Below, one piece after another: positions 16,781-26,638 of a DNA stretch of 59,244 nt. The DNA comes from a virus. Its lineage: Duplodnaviria > Caudoviricetes. Within the stretch, counting starts at the first letter, position 1. Every line of letters begins with the position of its first letter. Location: the IMG/VR virus record IMGVR_UViG_3300033067_002000, positions 1 to 59,244 of that record; one strand, written 5' to 3'. The notes under the pieces were generated by a model. The model made no database searches. It was given only the letters and a program-made list of their open reading frames with translations, and was not told the origin of the DNA. The position numbers and the translations under genes are program-made.

Positions 16781-18583
16781 GTGCCCGTCACCGTCGGATC
16801 CATCCTCATCAACTCCGTGATGCCGAAGGGCTACAAGCTCAACGGCCCCATCACCAATCGTGATCTTCATGACCATGTCGTCGGCTTGGCGAAGTCCGAC
16901 CCTGCACAGTATGTGCAGACGATCATGGCGTTGAAGCGGCGCGGCGACGAGATCGCGACGCTCGAAGGTGTGTCCGTCGGCCTTGAGGACATCCGGCCGG
17001 ATTACGCGGCGCGAGACAAGATCATGGTGCCTGCCATCAAGGCGCTCGCGGAAGCCAAGACTGAGAAGGCCCGCGAGAAAGTCATCATGGACACGCAGGC
17101 TGCGATCACCGCGCACACCAAGCAGCACCCAGGGTCCATGACCCACATGGCGCTGTCGGGCGCGCGCGGCAACATCGGGCAACTCATGAAGATCGTGGCT
17201 ACGCCGTTGGCGTCGGTGCACCCAAGGAAGGGCGTCAGCCCCGAGTTCATTGACCGCTCGTACTCCGAGGGCCTTACCCCGGCGCAGTACTGGCGCGCGG
17301 GACCCGAAGTGCGAGCCAACGAAGTGAAGGCCCGTATCTCGGTTTCTGAGCCTGGCGAGATGGCCAAGGTCCTCGTCAACAACATGATCGGCCAGGTCAT
17401 TACGTCGTCCGACTGCGGAACTTTCAACGGCGTAAAGACCAGCCTCGATGACGGCCACATCCTCGACCGGTACACCCAGGCGGATCACGGGCTGCCAAGG
17501 AATACCCTCGTCACTCCTCAACTGATTCAACAACTCAAGCACAAGGGCAACATCGCAACGTTGTTGGTGCGCTCTCCCATGACGTGCGCCGCGACGCAAG
17601 GCGTCTGCCAGCACTGCCAAGGGCTCAACGAGAAGGGGCACATGCACGCCGTCGGCATCACCGTCGGCGTTCGCGCGGCCCAAGCCATGGCAGAGCCGCT
17701 CACGCAGATGGCGCTCTCGTCGCGTCACGGCACGTTGATGGTCAAGGAGAAGGCGGAAGCCCCTTCAGGCTTGAAGGGTGTGCGGCAGCTCTTGGAGATC
17801 CCGAAGGCATTCAAGCACGAAGCCGTACTCGCACCGCATGCCGGTCAGGTCGGTCAGATCGAAAAGGCACCTCAAGGCGGCCACTACATCCACGTCGGTG
17901 CAAAGAAGCTGTACGCGGGCCCGAATCTCACGGTCACGGCGCACGAAGGGCAGACGGTCGAGCACGGCGACACGCTCACCGATGGTGTTCCGCACCCGGC
18001 CAAGATCGTGGCGGCCAAAGGCATCGGCAAGGGCCGCGCGCACTTCGTCGATGCGATGTACGCGCTGTACAAGGGCGAGGGTGTCGACCTCGACAAGCGG
18101 CACTTGGAGCTGCTCGCCAAGAGCGAGATCAATCACGTGCGGCTGCTTGAAAGTGACCCGGATCACCCCGAGCTTTTGAAGGGTGACACGATCAACTACA
18201 ACCAGTTTCGCGATGCGTACGTACATGACGTCGCACGTTTGCCCGTGGCAGATGCCATCGGCAAACGCCTGGGGGCCGAGGTTCTCCATCACACCGTCGG
18301 GACGTTGATCACACCGAACGTCGCGAAGGAGCTTCAGGGCCACGGCGTGCACGAAGTGAGCACGGCGCGACGCATGCCCCAGGTCGAGTTCGTCATGAAG
18401 CCCTTCGCGATGAACCCGCTTTTGGAGCGCGACTGGATGGCGCGTTTGTCGCACCGCTACCTGAAGAACACCTTGCAGGAGGCCGCGCAGTTCGGCGAGA
18501 CCTCTGACATCCATGGCACGCACGCAGTGCCAGCGTATGCTTTCGGAGCGGAATTGCGACACGGACCCAATGGAACCTTCTAG
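16781..18583 (+). CDS. rpoC: RNA polymerase beta' C-terminal half
   Basis: SGARGN, SYSEGL, DCGT, RSPMTC...GVCQHC Zn site, AAQAMAEPLTQMALSSRHG trigger loop, DKRHLE. Confidence 0.95.
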   Translation: MPVTVGSILINSVMPKGYKLNGPITNRDLHDHVVGLAKSDPAQYVQTIMALKRRGDEIATLEGVSVGLEDIRPDYAARDKIMVPAIKALAEAKTEKAREKVIMDTQAAITAHTKQHPGSMTHMALSGARGNIGQLMKIVATPLASVHPRKGVSPEFIDRSYSEGLTPAQYWRAGPEVRANEVKARISVSEPGEMAKVLVNNMIGQVITSSDCGTFNGVKTSLDDGHILDRYTQADHGLPRNTLVTPQLIQQLKHKGNIATLLVRSPMTCAATQGVCQHCQGLNEKGHMHAVGITVGVRAAQAMAEPLTQMALSSRHGTLMVKEKAEAPSGLKGVRQLLEIPKAFKHEAVLAPHAGQVGQIEKAPQGGHYIHVGAKKLYAGPNLTVTAHEGQTVEHGDTLTDGVPHPAKIVAAKGIGKGRAHFVDAMYALYKGEGVDLDKRHLELLAKSEINHVRLLESDPDHPELLKGDTINYNQFRDAYVHDVARLPVADAIGKRLGAEVLHHTVGTLITPNVAKELQGHGVHEVSTARRMPQVEFVMKPFAMNPLLERDWMARLSHRYLKNTLQEAAQFGETSDIHGTHAVPAYAFGAELRHGPNGTF

Positions 18584-19394
18584 CTTCGACATTGACGCGG
18601 TAAAGGCTCAGACCCGTGTGAAGGTCGCGACCCTCTATGGCCTCGACAAAAGCGCGTATGAAGCAGTCGGCCCTCTTGAAAGCGCCCTCGGTCGCGCGGG
18701 TCGCGCCGCATCCAAGGCGTATCAGAACGACAGTGGCCACATCCTTCAAAAGCTCCTGGCTGGGACGGGCGCAGGTTGGAAGGGCTTTCGCCGAGGTAAG
18801 GGCTTCAGCGCAGCGGGCAACGCGTTGTTCAGTGAACACGTCATTCACCCTTCGCAGCCGGGCGTCCTCAACAAGCTCAAGGCTTTCGGCAAGCACGTCG
18901 GGGAGTTCGGCCGCGAGATGGTGGCAGGCTCGCCGATCACCTTGGCGAAGCAATTGAAAGACCACCACATCGAAGCCGGGGGCGGCGTCGGCGGCGCTGT
19001 GCGCGCTGGCGGCAAATACGTCAAGGACTTCTACATGTCGCCGAAGTCGCCGATGTGGATGAAAGCCCTTTCGCTCGGAGTGCCAGCGATGGAACTTGGC
19101 GGCATCGCGCTCAAGGGTGATCCTGCGACACGCAAGGGCGATCTGGCGCACGCGATCTCCGGCCTCGTCGCCTCGCCCTTTACCGCGCGCTTGGGCTTGC
19201 CCGGTATGGCCCTGCAAGGCGCGGTTCAGTCAGGTGCGCGCGCTCTGGCGTCCAAGTTCGACCACAAGAAGCAACCGTACGATCCGAACTACGCACAGCT
19301 CGGACCACACGCTCGCAACGTCGTTCGCGCCACCGGCGGCCCTTTGAACGCCCTCAACGACATCGTGCCGCCTGATATAGACGCGGCCACCTAA
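18570..19394 (+). CDS. Gly-rich protein with LYGLDKSA leader (N-terminus paralogous to 15864)
   Basis: About 65-aa module shared at protein and DNA level; hydrophobic C-terminal helices. Confidence 0.7.
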   Translation: MEPSSFDIDAVKAQTRVKVATLYGLDKSAYEAVGPLESALGRAGRAASKAYQNDSGHILQKLLAGTGAGWKGFRRGKGFSAAGNALFSEHVIHPSQPGVLNKLKAFGKHVGEFGREMVAGSPITLAKQLKDHHIEAGGGVGGAVRAGGKYVKDFYMSPKSPMWMKALSLGVPAMELGGIALKGDPATRKGDLAHAISGLVASPFTARLGLPGMALQGAVQSGARALASKFDHKKQPYDPNYAQLGPHARNVVRATGGPLNALNDIVPPDIDAAT

Positions 19395-19427
19395 ACTACG
19401 CACAGAACACCAAGGAGCTACTCAGCG

Positions 19428-20861
19428 ATGGCAACCGTCTTCAATCAAACGTACCTCAAGGGCATCAGCGACATCTTCGTCGACGAGGGCTGGATGCCCG
19501 CGTGGGTGAACGAGAAGGTGGCTTGCGACGTGTTCGACAAGATCGCGAGCAAGCACAGGCTCCCGCAGTTCCTGGAGAGCCCGCTGCCCGACGACGTGAA
19601 CATCAAGATCGCCAACGACCTGCTCGCCGAAGGCCGCAAGAGCCCCGCGCTCGCATCGACCTACGCGCGCCAGAAGCAGGCGTCGCTCATGGATGCGAAC
19701 GAGCGCGCCGGCATGGTCGCCAGCTTCTACATGCAGAAGATGGCGGACGAAGCCAGCCTCAACAACACCGGCCCCAATACGGCCGAGAGCGCAGCGCAGA
19801 CGAACGCGAACGCCGCGCTCGACAACCGCAATCGCTCGCCGCGCGCGTACATCGTGCCGCGCGGACACACGGACCTTCCGCAAGGCGGCGTGACTGGCAA
19901 GCAGATGCCGCACCCCGAGGCACCCAAGGGTCCGGCGATCGACAACACGCTCACGCACCTCGACAAGCAGGCGCAGCTCGACCGCGCCTGGCAGTTCGTG
20001 CGCGGCGTGTCGCAACGCGGCTACGACCCTCGCGACCCCAAGGTCGTCCTCGCCGCGTGCGGCCTGGCGGAAGCCGGCAACACCGGCCTCGAAGCGATGA
20101 ACCTCGTGCTCTCGAACGCGAAGACCGCGAATGACATCGGCGCGCTGATCGAGCAAGTGCTGATGCAGCAGGACCAGGAGCACCACACACCGGACCCCGC
20201 GCTGATCGAAGCGTTGGAGCAGGCGCTTCAGAGTCAGATGGGCGGCGCACCCGAGGGCAGCATGCCTCAAGGCATGGGCGAAGGTGACCCCACCCCGGCG
20301 CCTGAGACGAACGCCCTGAAGGAAGAGCCCGCGCCGAAGATGGACGACGGGAAGGCCCCTGGCGAAAAGGCCGCCGGCGACTTCGTCGAGATGATGAAGG
20401 CGAAGAAGGACAAGCCGAAGGACGACAAGGACGAGAAGAAGACCAAGGAGGCCGCGCTGCTCGCGACCTTGAAGGCAGCGGCCGAAGGTTCGCTCAACTC
20501 GACGGGCGCCAACACGCCCGAGAGCGCCGCGAAGACCAACGCGAACGCGAAGCTCGACATGGAGAACCGCAAGCCGAACGAGTACCTCCCAGGTCGAGGC
20601 CAGACCGATCTGCCGGACGAAGGCCAGATCGGCGCGACGATGCCGGCTCCCAAGGCCCCCGACGTCGTGAACCCGGAGCTGACCAAGACCCTCACGGCGG
20701 CGGAGCGCGCGTACAATGAGCGCGTGAAGGCTGCCGGTGAGAAGTGGGGCAAGAAGTTGCCCGCAACGATGCCCACGGGCGAGAAGCGCGCGACAATCAT
20801 CGCGCTGGCCGGCATGCCCGAGCACCTGCACGGGCAGTACGTCGCAGAGCTCAGCAAGTAG
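19428..20861 (+). CDS. Putative head-internal protein with duplicated ~60-aa module and many KxA sites
   Basis: AAGGAG SD; strong codon bias; two copies of ExSLN.TG.NT.ESAA.TNANA.LD..NR.P..Y...RG.TDLP. Confidence 0.75.
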   Translation: MATVFNQTYLKGISDIFVDEGWMPAWVNEKVACDVFDKIASKHRLPQFLESPLPDDVNIKIANDLLAEGRKSPALASTYARQKQASLMDANERAGMVASFYMQKMADEASLNNTGPNTAESAAQTNANAALDNRNRSPRAYIVPRGHTDLPQGGVTGKQMPHPEAPKGPAIDNTLTHLDKQAQLDRAWQFVRGVSQRGYDPRDPKVVLAACGLAEAGNTGLEAMNLVLSNAKTANDIGALIEQVLMQQDQEHHTPDPALIEALEQALQSQMGGAPEGSMPQGMGEGDPTPAPETNALKEEPAPKMDDGKAPGEKAAGDFVEMMKAKKDKPKDDKDEKKTKEAALLATLKAAAEGSLNSTGANTPESAAKTNANAKLDMENRKPNEYLPGRGQTDLPDEGQIGATMPAPKAPDVVNPELTKTLTAAERAYNERVKAAGEKWGKKLPATMPTGEKRATIIALAGMPEHLHGQYVAELSK

Positions 20862-20883
20862 TACAGCCTCACGCTACTAACGG

Positions 20884-20919
20884 AGCGCCCGCCAGCCGTA
20901 TACTTCGGCGACGGGCGCT
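20884..20919. other. Intergenic hairpin with TATACTT loop
   Basis: AGCGCCCG/CGGGCGCT outer stem and GCCG/CGGC inner stem. Confidence 0.6.
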
Positions 20920-20943
20920 TCGCCTATTTAGGGAGCATTGCAG

Positions 20944-23529
20944 ATGTCGATGGATCCGTTCGCCCTTTCGCAGTCGCCGCGCACGCAAGGGTTTCAGCAG
21001 CCGCAGGGTCAGCAGGATGAGGACGACCTGTTCACACAGGGCTTCACTGAGCTCGCGCGCAACGCCTTTGCGAAGACGCACCCCGAGCTGCTCGACATGT
21101 TGCTCACGTTCCGTGTGCTCTCGACCGATGCGAGCGCGGGCGAAGGCCTCGGTGCGTTCATCTTGCGCGCGGCGAACGATGTGCTCTTCATCCCGGCCGT
21201 GATCGTCGACAACACGATCAAGCCCTTGGAGATGTTTTACACGCGCGTGAAAGACCGCTTCTACCCGCTCACAGCGGAGTGGTTGCAAACGGCCACAGCT
21301 GGCGTGTCCACGATGGGGGATGGTGTAGAGCCGCCCAAGACCCTGACGACGGACGTCGATCTGCGTAATCAGATGTTGCCGCCGACCACGGGCAGGTACT
21401 CCTACGCCGAGGACTACAGCGACCCTGCGTGGTCTCCGTTTACGGCGGCAAAGGTCGCAGAGGTATCGGATGGCACCCCGCCAGTCGTATTCCCCGAGCT
21501 GCTCTCGAAGATGGCCAACCACCAAAAGGTGGCGTTGGCTCGCTACTTCCAGCGGTGCGTCCCCTATTTCCGCAAGCTCGCGGAAGTTTACGGCGCAAAG
21601 ACTCTGATCGCGGCGCTTCAGCTCACCGAGGAAAAGACCGCCGCTGGCATCCACACCGAGATGCCGATCAAGCGCGACGTGTACCTCGTCACAGCCAGCA
21701 CCGATCGGCAAGAGATCAAGAAGGAGCTCGGGGTCGACGGCGCGAAAGAGGCCTACAAGGCCGTGCGCTACCACGGGTTCTACCTGAAGGATCGTCGCGA
21801 CGGGATGCGCGATTCCGTGGTGTCGATGCCAGAGGAGCTGGTGGGGCTTACGACTCCGGGCGCGCCCGGCGTGTACATGGTCTTCTTGGCCGACGGTACG
21901 GCCGAGAAGGCCCTGATCATCCCCGATCCGATTTGCGTGAGCCCCGCGCAGACAGACAATCAGCGCATGGCACGTGACGACCACAAGAGCTTGAAGGAAG
22001 ACGCCTACAAGGAAGGTCCCCGCTATCTCGTGCTCATGTCCGGGGGTCGTGGTGGTTGCCTGGATCATCTCGTGGTGGAGCCGGTTCTCTCGGCCTCGCA
22101 AGAAGAGCTCGAAGCGTTCATCGACGGGATCACCGAGAAGTCTCCGGAGCGCCGGGAGCGTGGCTGCCTGGTGTCGACAGCGAATTTGACCTTCCGTGCG
22201 ACCGACATCTTCTACGCCGAAGACGTGAACGTGTCCGACGACCAGGTCACGATCAACGCCGGCTACCGATCGAAGATCATCATGTCCCGCAAGCTCGGAG
22301 GCGGTCGTGTGATCAAGCCGACGGGGGCCTCTGCGTTGATCTTCCCGAACTCGTTCCGGTGGCTCAAGGTCACCGAGGACCTGCGCGACGGAGATCTGCT
22401 CGACAGTCAGCGCGCCGTGATGCAGGTGCTTGAGCAAGGTGTGAAGCGCAAGGGCCTCAAGAAGATCGAGGTCAAGACGGCTTCAAACGGGGCTTACGTC
22501 GTCGGACGGCATGGTTGGTCATCCGACAACAAGATCGAAGCCATCGTGAAGGTCGCGACGACGTACAACCTCGGGCTCAAGGACGCGGCGGAGATTGTCG
22601 AGATCACCCGTACAGGCGTACCCGTGCGCGCGTGGGCGGAGAAGACTGCCGCCGAAGGCGCGGCCCCTCAGCCGTCCGAAGAGCCCATGATGGACCCGAG
22701 CATGGTGGCACCGGCGCCGCCTCCGCCGACGGGCATGGAGCTCGCCATCCAGGAGAAGCTCACACAAGTGGCGGCGCAGCGCGCGGCGCTCGATCAGGCC
22801 GAGCAGATGCTCAACGAGATCCTCGGACGCAGCCAGGGCATCGACGCGGGCGGTGGCGCAATGGCGGCTCCGGGCGCAGCGGCAGCCATGGCAGGCGGCC
22901 CGTCGCAGGGTGTGATGGGACAGCCCGCGATGGCTCCCGTGCCGGGGTTGACTACGGATCCAGGCATGCAGCAGGGCGCAGTTCCGCCTGCGCAGGGGGC
23001 ACCGCAGGGCGCCCCGCCGCCTGCCGATCCAAGCATGCAACCGCAACCCGGAACGGTTTCGGGCATGCAACAGCCGCCGATGGATCCGAGCATGGGAAGG
23101 GACCCAGCGATGCAAGGAGATCCGAGCATGCAGCAGCCGGAACAGCCGCCCATGCCGGTCATGCCCAAGGACCCGAATCCAGCGCTGTTTGACCAACAGA
23201 TCAACCCGGCCTTCTTGGACCAGGCGGCCGAGCTCGACAACCAGGGTGTCTTCGACGCGACGGCTGTTGCGTCGCTCGCGAGCGTACGATCGGTTCGGGA
23301 CTTGCTCCAGAACTACACACCGACGCTCGATAACGCGCTTGATCGATTGGGGCGCACGCTGCTCCTTCTGTACGTGAAGAGCCGGATGATTCAAGATCAG
23401 ATCGGCGCCGAAGCGTACACCCGTATCGAGCAGACCATCCGTGACGTCTTCCGGATGCTTGGAGACGCGCTTTTGGAGCTCAACCAGTACGGTGATTCCT
23501 TGACCCCCAACGGAGCGCGCGCCGCATAA
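20944..23529 (+). CDS. Large putative head core/scaffold protein; Pro/Gln/Met-rich linker with DPSM repeats
   Basis: Long ORF with SD; KVA/KMA/KLA/KTA sites at apparent domain boundaries. Confidence 0.7.
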   Translation: MSMDPFALSQSPRTQGFQQPQGQQDEDDLFTQGFTELARNAFAKTHPELLDMLLTFRVLSTDASAGEGLGAFILRAANDVLFIPAVIVDNTIKPLEMFYTRVKDRFYPLTAEWLQTATAGVSTMGDGVEPPKTLTTDVDLRNQMLPPTTGRYSYAEDYSDPAWSPFTAAKVAEVSDGTPPVVFPELLSKMANHQKVALARYFQRCVPYFRKLAEVYGAKTLIAALQLTEEKTAAGIHTEMPIKRDVYLVTASTDRQEIKKELGVDGAKEAYKAVRYHGFYLKDRRDGMRDSVVSMPEELVGLTTPGAPGVYMVFLADGTAEKALIIPDPICVSPAQTDNQRMARDDHKSLKEDAYKEGPRYLVLMSGGRGGCLDHLVVEPVLSASQEELEAFIDGITEKSPERRERGCLVSTANLTFRATDIFYAEDVNVSDDQVTINAGYRSKIIMSRKLGGGRVIKPTGASALIFPNSFRWLKVTEDLRDGDLLDSQRAVMQVLEQGVKRKGLKKIEVKTASNGAYVVGRHGWSSDNKIEAIVKVATTYNLGLKDAAEIVEITRTGVPVRAWAEKTAAEGAAPQPSEEPMMDPSMVAPAPPPPTGMELAIQEKLTQVAAQRAALDQAEQMLNEILGRSQGIDAGGGAMAAPGAAAAMAGGPSQGVMGQPAMAPVPGLTTDPGMQQGAVPPAQGAPQGAPPPADPSMQPQPGTVSGMQQPPMDPSMGRDPAMQGDPSMQQPEQPPMPVMPKDPNPALFDQQINPAFLDQAAELDNQGVFDATAVASLASVRSVRDLLQNYTPTLDNALDRLGRTLLLLYVKSRMIQDQIGAEAYTRIEQTIRDVFRMLGDALLELNQYGDSLTPNGARAA

Positions 23530-23536
23530 TCAGCTG

Positions 23537-24253
23537 ATGAAGCCGCTACCCAACCCCTCGGCCCGTGCGGAGGCGGTTCGAGACCTTGTTCGAAACAAGG
23601 CCGAGGCGCCGACGGACCCGTTCGAGCGCGCCTTTTTTTACCTCGTAGAGAACACGCCCGTTGATGAGGACCCCGTAGCGGAGGCCGTTGCGACGGCCTA
23701 CGAGCTTACACAGGATCCCGTCGCCGTTCCTTTGTTGCGTGCGCTCATCCTGTTTGGCGCTGTCGGGGCTCAGGTTGATGAGGCCCTACAGCTTCCGCCC
23801 GGGACTTACGAAGCATTCAAGCACTTGTTCTTCGCGCGAGCCGCGTTCCCTACAGTGTTCGCTGTGCTTCGATTCGTTCGTGAGCAAGCCGAGGACGATC
23901 GAGAGCAGTACTACAACCTCGCATCAGAAGAAGGCCCTGAACGGCTGCTTGACCGGTTTCGCATCGGCCCCAAGCCGCTGCCTGCGCCAACACAAGTGCT
24001 CAACGAACTTCTTGCAGATGCGCACAGTCGATCGTTTGAGCATCGCGGACGTTCAATCACGAGCCGGGTCGCACAGGAGTCGCAACGATGGCAACGCCAC
24101 GCGGCTTCATTGGCGGATAGCCTCTTGAAGAACGAAGCGGCCAAACAGCAGCCCGGTAGTATCGTGGCATTGAAGCTCGCCCTCGTTTCAAAGGACGAGA
24201 CAAAGACTCCCGAGGAACTTGAATTGGATCCTCGCGCCATCATTCGTGAGTGA
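23537..24253 (+). CDS. Hypothetical protein
   Basis: Fills the gap in the operon; CATAAT-N6-ATG start. Confidence 0.7.
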   Translation: MKPLPNPSARAEAVRDLVRNKAEAPTDPFERAFFYLVENTPVDEDPVAEAVATAYELTQDPVAVPLLRALILFGAVGAQVDEALQLPPGTYEAFKHLFFARAAFPTVFAVLRFVREQAEDDREQYYNLASEEGPERLLDRFRIGPKPLPAPTQVLNELLADAHSRSFEHRGRSITSRVAQESQRWQRHAASLADSLLKNEAAKQQPGSIVALKLALVSKDETKTPEELELDPRAIIRE

Positions 24254-24280
24254 CAGCGGAACGCTAGACTAAAGGCACAC

Positions 24281-25138
24281 ATGACCTCTTGGGACAACAG
24301 CGACATCGATCGTGAAGCGAGTGAACTCGCTCGCGTGTTCTGGGCCGGCCAGGGTCAAAACGGAGCCAATCTCGGGGAGCTTGCCACCAAGCTCGCACGA
24401 GATAATGCGCTCAATGAAGAACAGATCCGGCGATTGTGTCGTGCCGCGAACGCCAAGGCGTTCGAACAGAAGCACGCCAGCATGACGGGTGACGTACGTT
24501 CCCCAACTTGGGAACTTGCGGACGAAGAGGGCGTGATCAGCCAACTCAACCAAGCGGCGGCGACGAGCTTCTCCAAGCAAGCGGCGGCGACGTACCCAGA
24601 GTTGGAGGACGAGCTGCGGCCTCAGTATCGACCCACCCTGCAAGCATCAACGCGTTCGAAAGTCGCGTCGATGGTCGCGGTCGCGGAGACGTACGCAGAG
24701 CCTACACGTGCTCCGTTGATCGAGTTCAATCGCTGTGCCCGGGAACTCGAAGAGCAACGAGCCGAGAAGATCGCGCACGACTTTGTATGGTCGGACGCGG
24801 TCAACCAGCTCATTCGAAATTCGCAGTTGATGAACTGGGATCACGACGCGTTTGAAAAGAACGCCGTGGCGCTCTTCGGTGGCGACGTGCTTCCCGAGCT
24901 CGATCTGTTGCGACGCCACACAGGCCGCCCGCAGCTGGCAACCGATGACACGCTGCACGACGTTACGGCGAAGCTGGCCGAACTCAGCGATGACTTGGTG
25001 GGGACTCCCGACGACAACTCCAAGCAGTTGGGTCTCGCTTTGACCGCACGGCGCGCGTACGAAGACGCAGGCACCAAGATCGCCCAGCTCACACGCAAGC
25101 ACGCGGAGCTGCGCAAGGTGCTCCGCCATGCGCGATAA
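24281..25138 (+). CDS. KxA-rich helical protein (putative head-internal)
   Basis: 9 of 12 Lys are K-x-A (manual count). Confidence 0.72.
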   Translation: MTSWDNSDIDREASELARVFWAGQGQNGANLGELATKLARDNALNEEQIRRLCRAANAKAFEQKHASMTGDVRSPTWELADEEGVISQLNQAAATSFSKQAAATYPELEDELRPQYRPTLQASTRSKVASMVAVAETYAEPTRAPLIEFNRCARELEEQRAEKIAHDFVWSDAVNQLIRNSQLMNWDHDAFEKNAVALFGGDVLPELDLLRRHTGRPQLATDDTLHDVTAKLAELSDDLVGTPDDNSKQLGLALTARRAYEDAGTKIAQLTRKHAELRKVLRHAR

Positions 25139-26417
25139 GAAGGCCACTCTCGCGGAGGTGGAAGACATCCTCCAGAAGAACGCAGGCTTCCTTCAGCAGG
25201 CGGGCGCCGCTGCACGTGGGCTTGCGTCTGGAGCCAAGCAGGTCGCCCACCAGCAAGGGGTGAAGCAAGAGCTCCAGGGCGCCGTCAACACGTTGCACCA
25301 CATGGGCGCTCTGCCTGCTCAGGTCAAGGGCAATGTTGTACAAGCACTGCCGCACGGTGTCGGCGTTGGTGAAAAGGGCCCTGGCGCCCTCTCACGCTTG
25401 AGTGAGAAGGTGAAGGGTGCGCTCGGCGGGGCGAAGCAAGAGTTCGCGCAGACTCGCGCAGCGGATCAGGCCGTCGATCGCTTCAAGCAGATTCAGCAAG
25501 GCGAAGCCGAAGTTGCGAAGGCAACGGCGACCGCACGCGCGCAGGGGCTCAATGTTCCGGATGCTCTGGCTGGTCAGAAGAACTACCGCGACATGACCCC
25601 GGAGCAGTACCTCCAGATGCACGGACACGTGGTACCTGCGCACCACCAGACACCGGCGCCTCGCCCTGCGCCGCAAGCAGCCCCGCAGGGTTCTGCCGCG
25701 TTGCCGCCGGGGCCTCAGATGCCGTACAGACAAGCGCTCGCGCCGCCTCCACAACAGACGTCGCCTGCACCTACAGCACGACCCCAGCAGAACTGGGCAC
25801 CGCGCAACGCGGGGGCTCTTGGGCTCGCCGGCGGTGCAGCACTTCTCGGAACCACAGCATGGCGCGGCAACCAGGCCGCGACGGAACAGGAGATGCGCAT
25901 GCGTGACTACCAGACCAATGCGCAAGGGAACATGGCGACACCGATGCCTTCGATGGCGGTTTACGCGAGCTACGAGAAGTTTGCGGCGCTCAAAGCACAG
26001 CCTCCGAAGTCGCCGTACACGCCGGTGTATCCGACGATGCAGGGCGCCCTTGCGAACAGCTTGGCCAGTCAGTTGGCTTCGAAGTTCATCGGCGACCCTA
26101 TCGACGCGATCCAGAAGGTGCTCAAGAAGAAGTTCTACGACGAGCCGAAGCACAGGGCGTCGTACGACCACGCCATGCTCGACCCAGACTTGATCGCGCT
26201 GCACAAGGACAAGCCGGACGTGTTGCCCATGGCGTTCAGCACGCTCAAGAAGTTCGCGCCGACAATGAGCCAAGACCCCGGGCTCACGCGAACGTGGCTT
26301 CGTCAGGTCGCACAGAGCGGCATGCACGATACAGGGCCTGACTTCGCCACCCTGCGTATCATCACCGAGGCTGAGAAGAACCTCGCCCAGGCGAAAGGCA
26401 ACGGCAACCCGTGGTAA
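25128..26417 (+). CDS. Hypothetical virion protein with QKNAG leader and one Gly-zipper helix
   Basis: Overlaps both neighbours; GALGLAGGAALLG segment. Confidence 0.7.
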   Translation: MRDKKATLAEVEDILQKNAGFLQQAGAAARGLASGAKQVAHQQGVKQELQGAVNTLHHMGALPAQVKGNVVQALPHGVGVGEKGPGALSRLSEKVKGALGGAKQEFAQTRAADQAVDRFKQIQQGEAEVAKATATARAQGLNVPDALAGQKNYRDMTPEQYLQMHGHVVPAHHQTPAPRPAPQAAPQGSAALPPGPQMPYRQALAPPPQQTSPAPTARPQQNWAPRNAGALGLAGGAALLGTTAWRGNQAATEQEMRMRDYQTNAQGNMATPMPSMAVYASYEKFAALKAQPPKSPYTPVYPTMQGALANSLASQLASKFIGDPIDAIQKVLKKKFYDEPKHRASYDHAMLDPDLIALHKDKPDVLPMAFSTLKKFAPTMSQDPGLTRTWLRQVAQSGMHDTGPDFATLRIITEAEKNLAQAKGNGNPW

Positions 26418-26638
26418 ACCCATCTCTGCTTGTCTCTCCGACGTTGCGCGCTGCGCTGCGTACGTACGGCTTCTCGAAGCTCTCGGCGCTCGTGCTGGGG
26501 GCACAGGGTGAGTACGCCCCCACCGACGGCTCGTACGAGGAGCTCGCCAAGTGCTTGGGGGCGAAGTTCGCCAGCAACCACATGAATCGTGCCGTCATCC
26601 TGGACGGTTTGACCGCGTTGGAGGAGCTCAATGTTTGA
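26411..26638 (+). CDS. Small protein with YGFSKLS leader-like motif
   Basis: GTG start overlapping the upstream gene end; 3' end carries the GGAGG SD of the next gene. Confidence 0.55.
   Translation: MVNPSLLVSPTLRAALRTYGFSKLSALVLGAQGEYAPTDGSYEELAKCLGAKFASNHMNRAVILDGLTALEELNV

Noticed and set aside
7834-18583. Cellular rpoBC operon
   Set aside because: No ribosomal-protein neighbours; subunits are reduced and sit among virion genes.
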